Source: a virus
Taxonomy: Duplodnaviria > Caudoviricetes
DNA: 63,699 bases
IMG/VR virus record: IMGVR_UViG_3300024988_000002
Location: 1-63,699 of that record
Direction: 5' to 3' (one strand)
Below are positions 19,968 to 29,171 of this stretch, one piece after another. Positions within the stretch are counted from its first letter, which is position 1. Each line of letters starts with the position of its first letter. The translations under genes and the position numbers were made by a program. Under the pieces are notes generated by a model. The model did no database searches and was not told the origin of the DNA. It worked only from the letters and a program-made list of their open reading frames with translations.

Positions 19968-19992
19968 GGCGAGATAGTTGCGGTTTTCTTAA
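19968..19992 (-). promoter_or_regulatory. 25-bp repeated element (copy 2), candidate late promoter
   Basis: Identical to 10788-10812. Confidence 0.55.
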
Positions 19993-20441
19993 TGCGTTCT
20001 TCGGTACTCGCGGTCGTATTCATTCTTGCATGGCTTGCAATAATTCGGGCCGGGTGGCTTCGCGCCGCCACACTTCGGACATTTCAAAATCGGGCCGAGC
20101 GACCGCGGCCGCGCTCCTGCGCGTCGTCGCCTCTCGCGCTGGTACTCGTTGAAACACTTCGCGCAATATGCTCGGCCGACCTTGTAGTCTTTTTCAGCGC
20201 CGCACTTCGGGCAACGATCTCGAAGTCGATCGTTGTATTTTGGGTTCTGTTCCCGGATCAGCTTCCATTCAAGTCGCTCCGCCGTTGCACGGTCTGCGAT
20301 CTCAGTCGTGTTGACCTTTGCAACTTCTGTGAACCACGCCTTTTGATAGGCGTGCTCTGCAAGTCGGCGCCCCCAATTCTTGGTGCGGCCGACGTAGAGC
20401 AGTTCGCCTGTTTTGCTGAGCAACGCATATACGGTGTACAT
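19989..20441 (-). CDS. GIY-YIG endonuclease with two C-terminal zinc ribbons
   Basis: TVYAL...LLYVGRT...RL.EH, E..LI...NP.YN; two CPKCG...YC..C repeats. Confidence 0.85.
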   Translation of the reverse strand: MYTVYALLSKTGELLYVGRTKNWGRRLAEHAYQKAWFTEVAKVNTTEIADRATAERLEWKLIREQNPKYNDRLRDRCPKCGAEKDYKVGRAYCAKCFNEYQRERRRRAGARPRSLGPILKCPKCGGAKPPGPNYCKPCKNEYDREYRRTH

Positions 20442-20617
20442 GCAATGACGATATAGGTTGGTACCTTACGAGATTATTGTTCGGGGTCTTTTCGAAAAAT
20501 ACCCCCTACAAATTTCAGAAGGGGGTCTCGCGAAGCGAGACAACGGGGCCCCGTCCAAGTACCCCCGGAGGGGCACAAGGGCGAGACCGTCGCAGTCTCT
20601 CACGTCTGCCGCGTCGG

Positions 20618-20650
20618 GGCCTCAAGGTGACACGGTTTCACCTTGAGGCC
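20618..20650. other. Perfect 13-bp stem hairpin downstream of 20658-20837
   Basis: GGCCTCAAGGTGA-CACGGTT-TCACCTTGAGGCC; no U-tract. Confidence 0.5.
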
Positions 20651-20657
20651 GCGGGGA

Positions 20658-20837
20658 TCACTTGTCGATTGTGGCGTTCAACGAGACCTTGACATCGCCA
20701 AAGTTTGAGAAGCCGCTCGTTGATGCCAGAAGGCGCGTCTTGCCGGACTTGGACTCCTTAGCCGCTTCGCGCGCCGCCTTCGAAGTGTCAATCACCAAGG
20801 TGAGAATATCGCCCTTCATTTCGCCTTTGACGTTCAT
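20658..20837 (-). CDS. Small hypothetical protein (59 aa)
   Basis: MNVKGEMKGDILTLVID...SKSGKTRLLAST.G...VSLN; GAGGAG RBS. Confidence 0.7.
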   Translation of the reverse strand: MNVKGEMKGDILTLVIDTSKAAREAAKESKSGKTRLLASTSGFSNFGDVKVSLNATIDK

Positions 20838-21039
20838 GGTAACTCTCCTCAGAGTTGCAACCGCCGGACCATCCGGCCGGTTCGCTTTCGGCGCGTCGGG
20901 GCCGTCTCGCGCACGCGTCGCGCGAGCGTAAGCGAGCGGAATGTGTGCGAAGAACGCGCGCATCACGCGCGAGCGCGCACGTAAGGAGCGCGCAGGATAA
21001 GTCCAGGAAGCCTGTTCCTGAGCCCTCACAAGGTTAAAC

Positions 21040-21660
21040 CTTTTCAAGGATTATATTCATAAAAGGCGTAATGGCAAAATGCCAGTGCCTTAATTTGGTC
21101 ACACTCTCAGGTGGCCGGGCGCGCGGTTTCGTGATCGTGGAACTTTGAAACAAAATTTCGGGGCGCTGGCAATTGTTGTGGCATTTAGCCGGCAGGGGAG
21201 GTGGGGCAAAATATAACCTAACTTCAATGGGTTAGCTTTTTCTATTGTATCATTGTACCTTTTTGGGCGAGATAAACGGCAAAATGGCACTGATTTTTTG
21301 GCCTCGCCCTAGGGTCGGCATTGAGGAAAAAATGGTCAGGGAGACCCCCACTTCTGCTTATTTGGAATTTTTTCAAAATATGACATTATTTCAATGACTT
21401 AGTTTTTTTGTGTCTTTTTCAAGGTGGCACTTTCACAATTTCGCCACACTCTCACCTCCCCGAATTTCGTCCCCTAGGATTATCCCTCTGGCATTTGGGC
21501 ATTTAGGCATTTCGCCATTTTCCAAAAATTACTTCACGACATTATCACGTCTCTGTGAGCTGAAAATGAACATCTGTTAATCTTAGTGGCTTTTTTAAGA
21601 TGCCAAGGTGTTCTGGCATTGTTCCTCAATTCCTGACCATTAAGATACACCCCAGTTCCA
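21040..21660. promoter_or_regulatory. AT-rich divergent intergenic region (candidate origin, promoter region or genome end)
   Basis: Largest non-coding, AT-rich stretch at the strand switch; clustered GGCA(A/T/C) motifs including a 4 x 8-bp array at 21489-21520. Confidence 0.65.
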
Positions 21661-21780
21661 TCTTATTCAGTCCTGTGCCGGCACATGGGGCGCCGCGACG
21701 CGGCGATTTTGCGCCGCGGCTTCTCCTCGACGAGGAGCGGCTGAGCGGCAGCGAAACCCACTCTGAGGAGAGCAAGGAAA

Positions 21781-22167
21781 ATGACCTCATACACGAAGAA
21801 GTTGTACGAAATCGCCCCCTCTGCCACACGCCAGATCCGCCGCAGAGAGCTGCACGATTACCGTTGGGGCGGCAGCACCAGAAACGTCACCTTGGCCAGT
21901 TTCGGAGTGGAAGTTGCAAAGGCTGCGCCCGCCATGGCGGGCGCAGCCTTTGGTCAACGTCTCACGTCACCTGCGCTCACGGCGTTCTACGTCAAGTCGC
22001 AGGGCTATCCGGCGAAGGTCATCCACGCTGCCGACAGTTTCGCTGCGCGGCGTGAATACGCCGACCACTACAAGGTGCCAGTCACGCATGTGACCGCGGT
22101 TATGCGGGGCCAACGCAGCGCAAGCGGAGCCAGCGCAAGTGCGGCTCGCTCGTTACCGTCGCGGTAA
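21781..22167 (+). CDS. Early hypothetical protein
   Basis: First plus-strand ORF with AAGGA RBS; its stop codon is part of a TTACCG palindrome. Confidence 0.6.
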   Translation: MTSYTKKLYEIAPSATRQIRRRELHDYRWGGSTRNVTLASFGVEVAKAAPAMAGAAFGQRLTSPALTAFYVKSQGYPAKVIHAADSFAARREYADHYKVPVTHVTAVMRGQRSASGASASAARSLPSR

Positions 22168-22184
22168 ATCGGGAGGGCACTGAC

Positions 22185-22517
22185 ATGGCACTCTCCGAAA
22201 AAGCCGCAAGGTCGAAAGACCGCAGCTTCAAAATTCCTGACCTGCAACATCGTCACTTCGCGTTCATTGCAGGGTGCATCCGAGAGATACCCACACCGTC
22301 GGCGCGGGTTGAAGCGACGGAAGCGTTCGACGGTTACCTCTGCCGCAGCAACAGCGCGTTCGACAGCTATCGGTTCAGGGATGCCTGTAATTGCGCTGCC
22401 GACAGCATGACGTTGGAAGAGCTCGACCTTGCGATCGCCCACGCCACGTATTGGCTCGACCACTTGCAGCAGGAACGTCTGGCCCGCGGTATTGCCGAAC
22501 AGAAAGCGGAGGGCTGA
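22185..22517 (+). CDS. Early hypothetical protein
   Basis: GGAGG RBS; RHFAFIA...NSAFD..RF..AC motif. Confidence 0.65.
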   Translation: MALSEKAARSKDRSFKIPDLQHRHFAFIAGCIREIPTPSARVEATEAFDGYLCRSNSAFDSYRFRDACNCAADSMTLEELDLAIAHATYWLDHLQQERLARGIAEQKAEG

Positions 22518-22519
22518 GC

Positions 22520-22792
22520 ATGAGCGAAGAGCAAACCACTTTCACCTTTCACAGCGATCCAAGCCATGGCTGGCTTGAGGTTGATTGGACTGACCTCAAG
22601 CGGCTCGGGCTCAACCCGACCGATTTCAGCCGCTACAGCTATCGCAACGGCAACACGTTCTACCTGGAAGAGGATTGCGACGCGCCGAAGTTCATAGCGG
22701 CCTACGAAACCAAGCACGGCCGCAACTCGTTTCGGTTCGAAGAACCATTCGAGGAAAGCCACTTCATTCGCAATCTGCCGAAGATCTACTAG
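22520..22792 (+). CDS. Hypothetical protein (DPxHGWL...YLEEDCD family)
   Basis: GGAGG RBS; HSDPSHGWLEV and YLEEDCDA motifs seen in phage/plasmid early regions. Confidence 0.75.
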   Translation: MSEEQTTFTFHSDPSHGWLEVDWTDLKRLGLNPTDFSRYSYRNGNTFYLEEDCDAPKFIAAYETKHGRNSFRFEEPFEESHFIRNLPKIY

Positions 22793-22843
22793 GGCGAAAC
22801 CGGCGCAAGCCGGTCTGACGGTGGTGCCGTTACTGATGAGCCC
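22792..22843 (+). ncRNA. Hammerhead ribozyme, type II
   Basis: GGGC-GAAA-CCGGC(GCAA)GCCGG-UC-UGACGG(UGGUG)CCGUUA-CUGAUGA-GCCC: all core nucleotides and three stems present; GUC cleavage site at 22813-22815. Confidence 0.88.
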
Positions 22844-22958
22844 ATTCGTTCCGTTAACAAATTTCACAAGCATGTGAGTCTGTACGTTTTCATCGCACCG
22901 ACTCTTAACGCTTCGTTTTCGACCTGCGCTTCGTTGCGCCAATGCTGAGGAGCAACAC

Positions 22959-23339
22959 ATGCCGAGATACATCGTCGAAGAAATTTCACCGCACAGAGTT
23001 GCGTGCCGACGTGTTGTCGATGCCGACAACGAGACCGCTGCCTTGGATGCGTTCCGCCGCGGTGAAGGTGCCAAGGTGGAAGGCTATCCTGTTATCGGCG
23101 AGCGCATCAGCGCCGCCACGCCACGCATCATCGCCGAGACTGACGACACCGTGTTGGTGCAACTCACACAGCGCGAACTCACGTTGCTGCGGGTGGCGTG
23201 TTTGGGCCGGCTCGACCGCATTGTCGCCAAGGCGGACAGCGGCGAGCTGATGGAGAGCTACCAGGAAACCAAGGAACTGCTCGACGGCAAGCTGAAAATA
23301 GCTCGCCGCGATCTGTTCAAGAAAACAGGGGAGGGCTGA
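22959..23339 (+). CDS. Early hypothetical protein
   Basis: GAGGAG RBS; 126 aa. Confidence 0.65.
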   Translation: MPRYIVEEISPHRVACRRVVDADNETAALDAFRRGEGAKVEGYPVIGERISAATPRIIAETDDTVLVQLTQRELTLLRVACLGRLDRIVAKADSGELMESYQETKELLDGKLKIARRDLFKKTGEG

Positions 23340-23567
23340 TGTTTGCAGTAGGGCTGAGGACGGATTTGTTCCTGATCGCGACGGACAACGCCACTTGTTA
23401 CGAGGTTGTGGCGAACCGCTACTGCGACATTCGCTGGCTTTATCGCAAGCACAAGCGCGAGCTGCGCGAGGCCCAGGCGGACCGGCCGGGGATGCTGTTT
23501 GCAGCGTTCGCTGCCGGCATGTCGTGTGGCGTGCTGCTCACGATCGTCGTCACTGGTGGTGTGTACC

Positions 23568-24041
23568 TTGGCTGAGCTGAGCGAAAGCCTACGGCAGCGG
23601 ATCAGAGAGCGCCCTGATTTATGGCGAGAGGTTTGCGTGCTCTCGTTAGAACTATTGGAGGGCACGAACGAGCACGTCGACGCGGTGCTCGCGTTGTACC
23701 GCAACCCGGCATCAACGAAGGCGCAGTTTAGCGCCGCCGCCCACTCCGCCGCCCACTACGCCGCCCACGCCTACGCCACCGCCCACTCCGCCGCCCACTA
23801 CGCCGCCCACGCCGCCTACGCCACCGCCCACTCCGCCGCCCACTACGCCGCCAACGCCGCCGCCCACGCCGCCGCCGCCTACGCCGCCGCCCACGCCGCC
23901 GCCAACGCCGCCGCCAACGCAATCGTAGCCGTCAAAGGTGACAAGGTGGAACGGTTCATTGCTGAACTCGAATTGTTGGTGAGGTTCGCGCCCCAACAAA
24001 CGCACGACCGAGAAGAAGGAGACCAACCAGAGAATGATTAG
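23568..24041 (+). CDS. Ala-rich low-complexity repeat protein
   Basis: Likely TTG start; central AHSAAHYAAHA(A)YAT repeats. Confidence 0.6.
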   Translation: MAELSESLRQRIRERPDLWREVCVLSLELLEGTNEHVDAVLALYRNPASTKAQFSAAAHSAAHYAAHAYATAHSAAHYAAHAAYATAHSAAHYAANAAAHAAAAYAAAHAAANAAANAIVAVKGDKVERFIAELELLVRFAPQQTHDREEGDQPEND

Positions 24042-24414
24042 CGTTATGAAGCCGAAACTATCGACGTGCTGGTATTGCGAGCGCCCGCAGAGCGCCGCTG
24101 CATGGCGCAACTCCCGTGCCGTATGTGCCGCCTGTGACAGGCTGATGGCGCACGGTGTGATTTGCATCGGCGTTAGTTCGCCCGTGGCGGGCGACACGGT
24201 GGTCGACAAGTCTTACCGCGACGGTAATTGGTGCGTGCTGAGCTTCGCCGAGTACGCGCGCCGCATCGGTGCCGAACCGCCGCAGGAACGGCACGCCTAT
24301 ATCGAAGCCGCAAGGTGGCAACGTGCAGGCTTGCCGAAGTTCGGCAAGCACGGCGCGAGCCATCTCAACACGCCCATCGAAGACGACTGGAACGATGCCA
24401 AAGACGTCGCTTGA
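24034..24414 (+). CDS. Hypothetical Cys-containing protein
   Basis: CWYC...CAAC; AAGGAG upstream. Confidence 0.55.
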   Translation: MISVMKPKLSTCWYCERPQSAAAWRNSRAVCAACDRLMAHGVICIGVSSPVAGDTVVDKSYRDGNWCVLSFAEYARRIGAEPPQERHAYIEAARWQRAGLPKFGKHGASHLNTPIEDDWNDAKDVA

Positions 24415-24606
24415 ACGGTTGACCCAGAGTGTGGTGTTCCAGCGCAGATATGCGCAGGCTGCGCTCGCTGGCATTGAGTTCAGATGCACGAGCGGCCCTG
24501 TCGACTCATGGCATTGGACGCACCATGACCTTAAGACCTGGATCGGCCCTTATTTCAAGAAAGGCAGAGCTGTGAATGCGGCGCTGAACTGGTTGGAGAA
24601 AAATTC

Positions 24607-24870
24607 ATGAGCTACGGCCCCAAGAAATACGCTGTGCGCCGCGCCGCCGCCGCACGTCGCATCGTCACCGTCGCCTTGCTCGCCGGCATGGAAGTGGAGA
24701 AGCACCGCACCGTTTCCCGATATTGGAAAGGCGACTCGCATAGCGTCTACTCTACGAACATCGACGGCGTGCAGATTTACCGCTTGTCCAAGGCGTCACT
24801 CGCGAGGGTTTACCTCGAAGCGAAATTCAGCGGGCTCGAAGCGAAAGCGAACGGAGCGGCAGTGCAGTGA
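24607..24870 (+). CDS. Hypothetical protein
   Basis: ATGA-coupled early ORF. Confidence 0.55.
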   Translation: MSYGPKKYAVRRAAAARRIVTVALLAGMEVEKHRTVSRYWKGDSHSVYSTNIDGVQIYRLSKASLARVYLEAKFSGLEAKANGAAVQ

Positions 24871-25193
24871 GCGAGCAAGACAAACTCCAGGCCCAGATCG
24901 CCCTGTTGCTTCCCGTGCAGCAGCAAACGATCGCAATGGCGCAGCTCGCCGGCTGTAGCTTCGAGCCGAAGATGACCGAACGTCATATCGGCTATGTGAG
25001 CGGAAACTATAGTTCCAACTGGGTCATGACAACATTGTACGTAGCGACACTCCCGGACGGCACGGTCTTTGGGCTGTTCGAAGATCTCTACGGTGCTGCC
25101 GTCGCTTGCCTCGACCACCTGAACGGTCACAACGAGCCGATCAAACTCGATCCTGACCTGTTTCGTCTGCTTCCCGAGAACGAACAACCCTAA
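24867..25193 (+). CDS. Hypothetical protein
   Basis: GTGA-coupled early ORF. Confidence 0.55.
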   Translation: MSEQDKLQAQIALLLPVQQQTIAMAQLAGCSFEPKMTERHIGYVSGNYSSNWVMTTLYVATLPDGTVFGLFEDLYGAAVACLDHLNGHNEPIKLDPDLFRLLPENEQP

Positions 25194-25279
25194 CCCCATG
25201 GGGCGCCGCGACGCGCCGCGAATGCCGCCGCGAAATTTCGCGCCCGGTCCGAGATTGCAACGAACTGAGGAGGTTTTTC

Positions 25280-26008
25280 ATGCTCCAAGACGTAGCCACT
25301 GCCGTGGTAGCGCCCATGAACCAGAGCGCACCACAGTCCAACAAACGAAGCCTGAGCCAGATGCTTGCCGATGCGACCACGTTGGGCGAGCAGGCGGGGA
25401 AGGGTAAGGATACCCAAATCAAGTTCCTGCTGTCGTGCCTCGAAGGTGGCTATCACGGCGCTGTCGATCTTGTGCCGAACAAGCACGGCACCGAGGTGGA
25501 CGACGCGACCAAGCTGGCCGAAGCCTACGTGAAGGCGCAAGGTACAGCGACTGTGTTCGACCACAAGTCGGCCAATCAGCGGAAGCTGATCAGCACCTTG
25601 CGCACCAGCATCAAGCTGGGCGCATGGCCGAAGGGGGGTGCCGGCGAGCCGTTGCAGACGGTGGACCAGCTCATTGCGCACCGCCAGAAGCTGCGCAAGG
25701 ACCCCACGATCGACAAGAAGAAGCTCGACGACGCCGCCAACACGTTCCTGCGGTACGCCAGGGCGCAGCTCAAGCGCGACACGCTGATCGAAGGCGACGA
25801 GCTGTATAGCTTCTGCTTCAAGCCCACACGCGACCCGGCGACGGCAGAGGAGCGCGTTGAGCAGTTGCGCAACAGTGTGAAGCAACTAATCGACGGCAAC
25901 AAGCAGGGTGTGCAGGACAACTCGCCGAAGGTGCGGGATGCGATGCAGGCGCTCACTGACCGCTTGGTGGAGATCGCCAAGGCGAAGGGAGCACAGGCAC
26001 AACCATGA
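25280..26008 (+). CDS. Hypothetical protein (242 aa)
   Basis: Strong GAGGAGG RBS, GC3-rich codon usage. Confidence 0.75.
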   Translation: MLQDVATAVVAPMNQSAPQSNKRSLSQMLADATTLGEQAGKGKDTQIKFLLSCLEGGYHGAVDLVPNKHGTEVDDATKLAEAYVKAQGTATVFDHKSANQRKLISTLRTSIKLGAWPKGGAGEPLQTVDQLIAHRQKLRKDPTIDKKKLDDAANTFLRYARAQLKRDTLIEGDELYSFCFKPTRDPATAEERVEQLRNSVKQLIDGNKQGVQDNSPKVRDAMQALTDRLVEIAKAKGAQAQP

Positions 26009-26322
26009 AACGCGAGCTTATTCATATCGACCCGAGTGGTCTCGGCAATCTGCGGTGTGACAACCCCCGCTGCGGTCACGTTCTGAGCGGTCAAACATGG
26101 GGTGCGCATCTGATCGGATATCCATGCCCCAAGTGCGATAGCAATATGCTCACGCGTCGTGATTATGAGGGTGTTGAGCGCGTGCGCGCACGTATTCGTT
26201 GGCTCAACAGATGGTTCGGTTGGCTTGGCAGTAAGAACCTTGCGACGGACCCGAGAGCGAAACGCGTCTCGATCCACCATCACAACGGCGAGATCACCTT
26301 CAAGCAATTACCGCCAAGGTAA
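26005..26322 (+). CDS. Hypothetical zinc-ribbon protein
   Basis: CDNPRC...CPKC; ATGA coupled. Confidence 0.65.
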   Translation: MKRELIHIDPSGLGNLRCDNPRCGHVLSGQTWGAHLIGYPCPKCDSNMLTRRDYEGVERVRARIRWLNRWFGWLGSKNLATDPRAKRVSIHHHNGEITFKQLPPR

Positions 26323-26362
26323 CAAGTTTGCGACGCTCGCGTCCCGTCCCGTGAGCGGCGCA

Positions 26363-26403
26363 GGGCGGCACACTGGCCTCCTCAGCGGTGTGCCGCCCCT
26401 TTT
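26363..26403 (+). terminator. Possible terminator/structured intergenic RNA
   Basis: 13-bp stem GGGCGGCACACTG/CGGTGTGCCGCCC followed by CTTTT. Confidence 0.45.
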
Positions 26404-26501
26404 ACTCTTCGCTGAGACTGACGTTTCGACACTGCGCAGCTAACCCCTGCGCAGCACGAAGCGCCAACGCTTCTGAGCTTCACTGAGAAGAAGGAGACCA
26501 A

Positions 26502-27647
26502 ATGAACATCAACCAAGCATTCGTTCAAACCAAGCGGCTTCACGAGAGTGGCCAAGCCGTGTTGCTCGTGTCCGGCTCCGGCATGGGCAAGAGCCAGGGG
26601 ACTGCATCCTATGCGAAGTCGTGGGTCGAAGAGGGCAAAGCGAGCGGCATCAAGCGCGGCTACTCCATCACCTTTCTCGCCACGCATACGCCGCCTGATG
26701 TTGTCGGGTATAAATTCAAGGGCGAGCGGGACATCATTGTGGACGTCGATGCCGACGGCAAGCCTGTCACAAAGAAAGTTACTGTGGATGACGCTTCTTG
26801 CCCGCTGTGGTATATTTCCACGGAAGGTAAGCCAGCCTTCTGCTACGACGAGTTCATGATCGTGTTCGACGAGTTCGGCCAGGCCGAGCTTGACGTGAAG
26901 CGCAGTGCTGCCGAGATCGCGCTGTCGGGTGGTACACCGCCGTGGTACGCGCCGAACCACCGTTGCATCATGCTCACCAACGAAGGCGCGCGCTACGGCG
27001 TCTCCAAGACGTTCGATTTCATCATCGCACGTCAGTCCCGCATCGAGATCAAGCCGGACATCGAGGCCGCGCTGCTGCACATGGACAAGCCGTATCTGCA
27101 CCGCGGCCGGCAGTGGCAGGTGATGGGCGTGACCAAGGCATGGGCGGCGGCGAACCCGACTGCGCTGTTCGAGAACGAGCCTGAGCAGCAAGGGCCGTGG
27201 TGCAACCCGCGCCAGCTCTATGCCTGCGACCGCTATCTGCAACTCACGTTTGCGGCGACCGGCAAACAGGATGTGGACCCGGAAGCGTTGGAAGTGCTGG
27301 CGGGCACCATCGGCATGCCGGCCACAACGTCGCTGGTTTCGCATCTGCAGTTCAGGCTGCAACTGCCGAGCTATGACTCGGTCGTTGCCGATCCGACCGG
27401 CACCGAGGTTCCGAGCAAGGCGGACCTGCAGATGCTGATGGCCTACGAGCTGTCGAGCTACGTCAAGCCGCAAGACCTGGGCTCTGTCGTCACCTACATG
27501 GAGCGACTGCCCAAGGACATGGCGATCACTTTCGTGTCGTCGCTTCTACGGCGTGATTACGCGCAGATGATCAACGTGCCTGCGATGCAGGCGTGGATTT
27601 CACGCAATGCGGCGCTGGTGAGCGTGATCAGCTCGCTCGCGCACTAA
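26502..27647 (+). CDS. AAA+ ATPase (MoxR-like)
   Basis: Walker A SGSGMGKS, Walker B IVFDEF, sensor TN, NPR motif; AAGGAG RBS. Confidence 0.8.
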   Translation: MNINQAFVQTKRLHESGQAVLLVSGSGMGKSQGTASYAKSWVEEGKASGIKRGYSITFLATHTPPDVVGYKFKGERDIIVDVDADGKPVTKKVTVDDASCPLWYISTEGKPAFCYDEFMIVFDEFGQAELDVKRSAAEIALSGGTPPWYAPNHRCIMLTNEGARYGVSKTFDFIIARQSRIEIKPDIEAALLHMDKPYLHRGRQWQVMGVTKAWAAANPTALFENEPEQQGPWCNPRQLYACDRYLQLTFAATGKQDVDPEALEVLAGTIGMPATTSLVSHLQFRLQLPSYDSVVADPTGTEVPSKADLQMLMAYELSSYVKPQDLGSVVTYMERLPKDMAITFVSSLLRRDYAQMINVPAMQAWISRNAALVSVISSLAH

Positions 27648-27748
27648 GACCTGGGCGTTGCCTCAATGGGACGCCACGACGCTGCCCGGTTGTACGCTTT
27701 GACGCTGGCCGGGCAGCGTTACCGCCACGGTAAAAAGGAGACCCGCCT

Positions 27749-27919
27749 ATGCAGATTAAGTTTCATATTTGCCCGACCTGCGGTGCGGCGGTGGACCAGC
27801 CCTGCCGAACTTCTAGCGGGCGTAAGAAGAAATATTGTGGGCGCGACGTAGTTCATGACACGCGACCGTTTTCTATTATCGCAACGCCTCATAGCCCAAC
27901 TACCGAAGTTCAACGATGA
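27749..27919 (+). CDS. Small zinc-finger protein (56 aa, not in ORF track)
   Basis: MQIKFHICPTCGAAVDQPCRTSSG...VHDTR; AAGGAG RBS; ATGA overlap with the next ORF. Confidence 0.65.
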   Translation: MQIKFHICPTCGAAVDQPCRTSSGRKKKYCGRDVVHDTRPFSIIATPHSPTTEVQR

Positions 27920-28422
27920 CGCTCCCACCAGACAGACTACGCGCAGTGCTGCGGTACCGGTACAGGTTTATTTCCCTCTGGCCGGATGAACTGCGCGCTC
28001 GCCATCCTAAGAAGCACAAAGAGCACGCCGCCGAATGGAACGTCACCGCCGAACCTTCGATCATGGACCACATCATCGACTGGAAACTGCGTTACTCAAA
28101 TGAGGAGGACAAACAATTGATCAGGCAATTTACCATTGAACTGCGCGTGAACTATGCCGACGCTGACAAGAACGAAGTGATGCGCAAGGCGTGCGCAGCA
28201 GCAGCACGCCATGTGTTCGCTACTGCGAACCTGTTGGCGGACGGTGTGAAGCCCGACATTGCGATCTTTTCCGACGACTGGTTCGCCGGCAAGGAAGAGA
28301 TTTCGCTGATGCAGGATGTGATCCAGCAGGGCCTCGACGAAACGAGCAGCACCGCCCAGGACGGCGAGGTAGGCGTCAGCAGCGAGCTGATGCAAGCTGT
28401 GATGGGCGGGGACAGCCAGTAA
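27916..28422 (+). CDS. Hypothetical protein (possible internal TTG start at 28117)
   Basis: GAGGAGG RBS precedes the in-frame TTG at 28117. Confidence 0.55.
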   Translation: MTLPPDRLRAVLRYRYRFISLWPDELRARHPKKHKEHAAEWNVTAEPSIMDHIIDWKLRYSNEEDKQLIRQFTIELRVNYADADKNEVMRKACAAAARHVFATANLLADGVKPDIAIFSDDWFAGKEEISLMQDVIQQGLDETSSTAQDGEVGVSSELMQAVMGGDSQ

Positions 28423-29171
28423 TGGCGTTGCTAGGAAGCGCTCCCGGCCGCCCCGTTTCTCCCGCTGCCGACGTTGAGCAAGCCCCGCCACCCGACAACC
28501 CGCGCTTCCGCAGTTTTGCGGAGCGCTACATCATCGAGCGCTGCCGGGAGTGGAAGGAGGGCGAGATTGATGAAAGCGCCTGGAAGGCAACACTCGAAGC
28601 CAAGTCAATCTACAACAAGATTCGGGAAGTCAGTCGAGGCGTCCGAGAATACATGAGCGCAGAAAGGTGATCAACGCATGCCTGACCAGAGCAATCAACA
28701 GACATGGTCGCCTACTACTCCGCGCCGATATGTCCGGCTCGATGTCTTGGGACAGCCGTGTCCGGCTCCGGAGTTGGTTCGATGCGTGGGAGAACTACCT
28801 CCGCATTTCTCGTGGGCAGATAGCTTCGCGCGTCCCCTCTACAGAGCTGCTCTCCGCGAGATGTTTGATGCGGCGCTCCGACGCGCCAAAGACCGACACA
28901 ACCGCGCGATTACTCGCGCAGAAATCGGCCGAGCGTTGATCCAAACCGATAACTGGTTTTTACGGTGGGAACACATCTTGGAACATGAAGCCAAACAACA
29001 TGACATCTATGAGCCCTGAGCAGCTACGCGAGCGAATGGTTGCGGCGCTCCGACGCGCCGAAGAGCGCCGCTATCAGGTTTGGACGCCGCAGTGCCGTTA
29101 CCGAGTAGCTCACAAAGTATGGAGTTGGCGGCTCGAATACTCAATTCTCTTAAAGAAGGAGGCCAAAAAGC

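Noticed and set aside
21735-21775. Additional hammerheads at CTGAGGAG/GAAAC near 21741-21770, 25265 and 20845
   Set aside because: Core elements are not arranged with three pairing stems; CTGAGGAG is better explained as a ribosome-binding site.
23730-23918. Diversity-generating retroelement
   Set aside because: No reverse transcriptase and no template/variable repeat pair found in the window.
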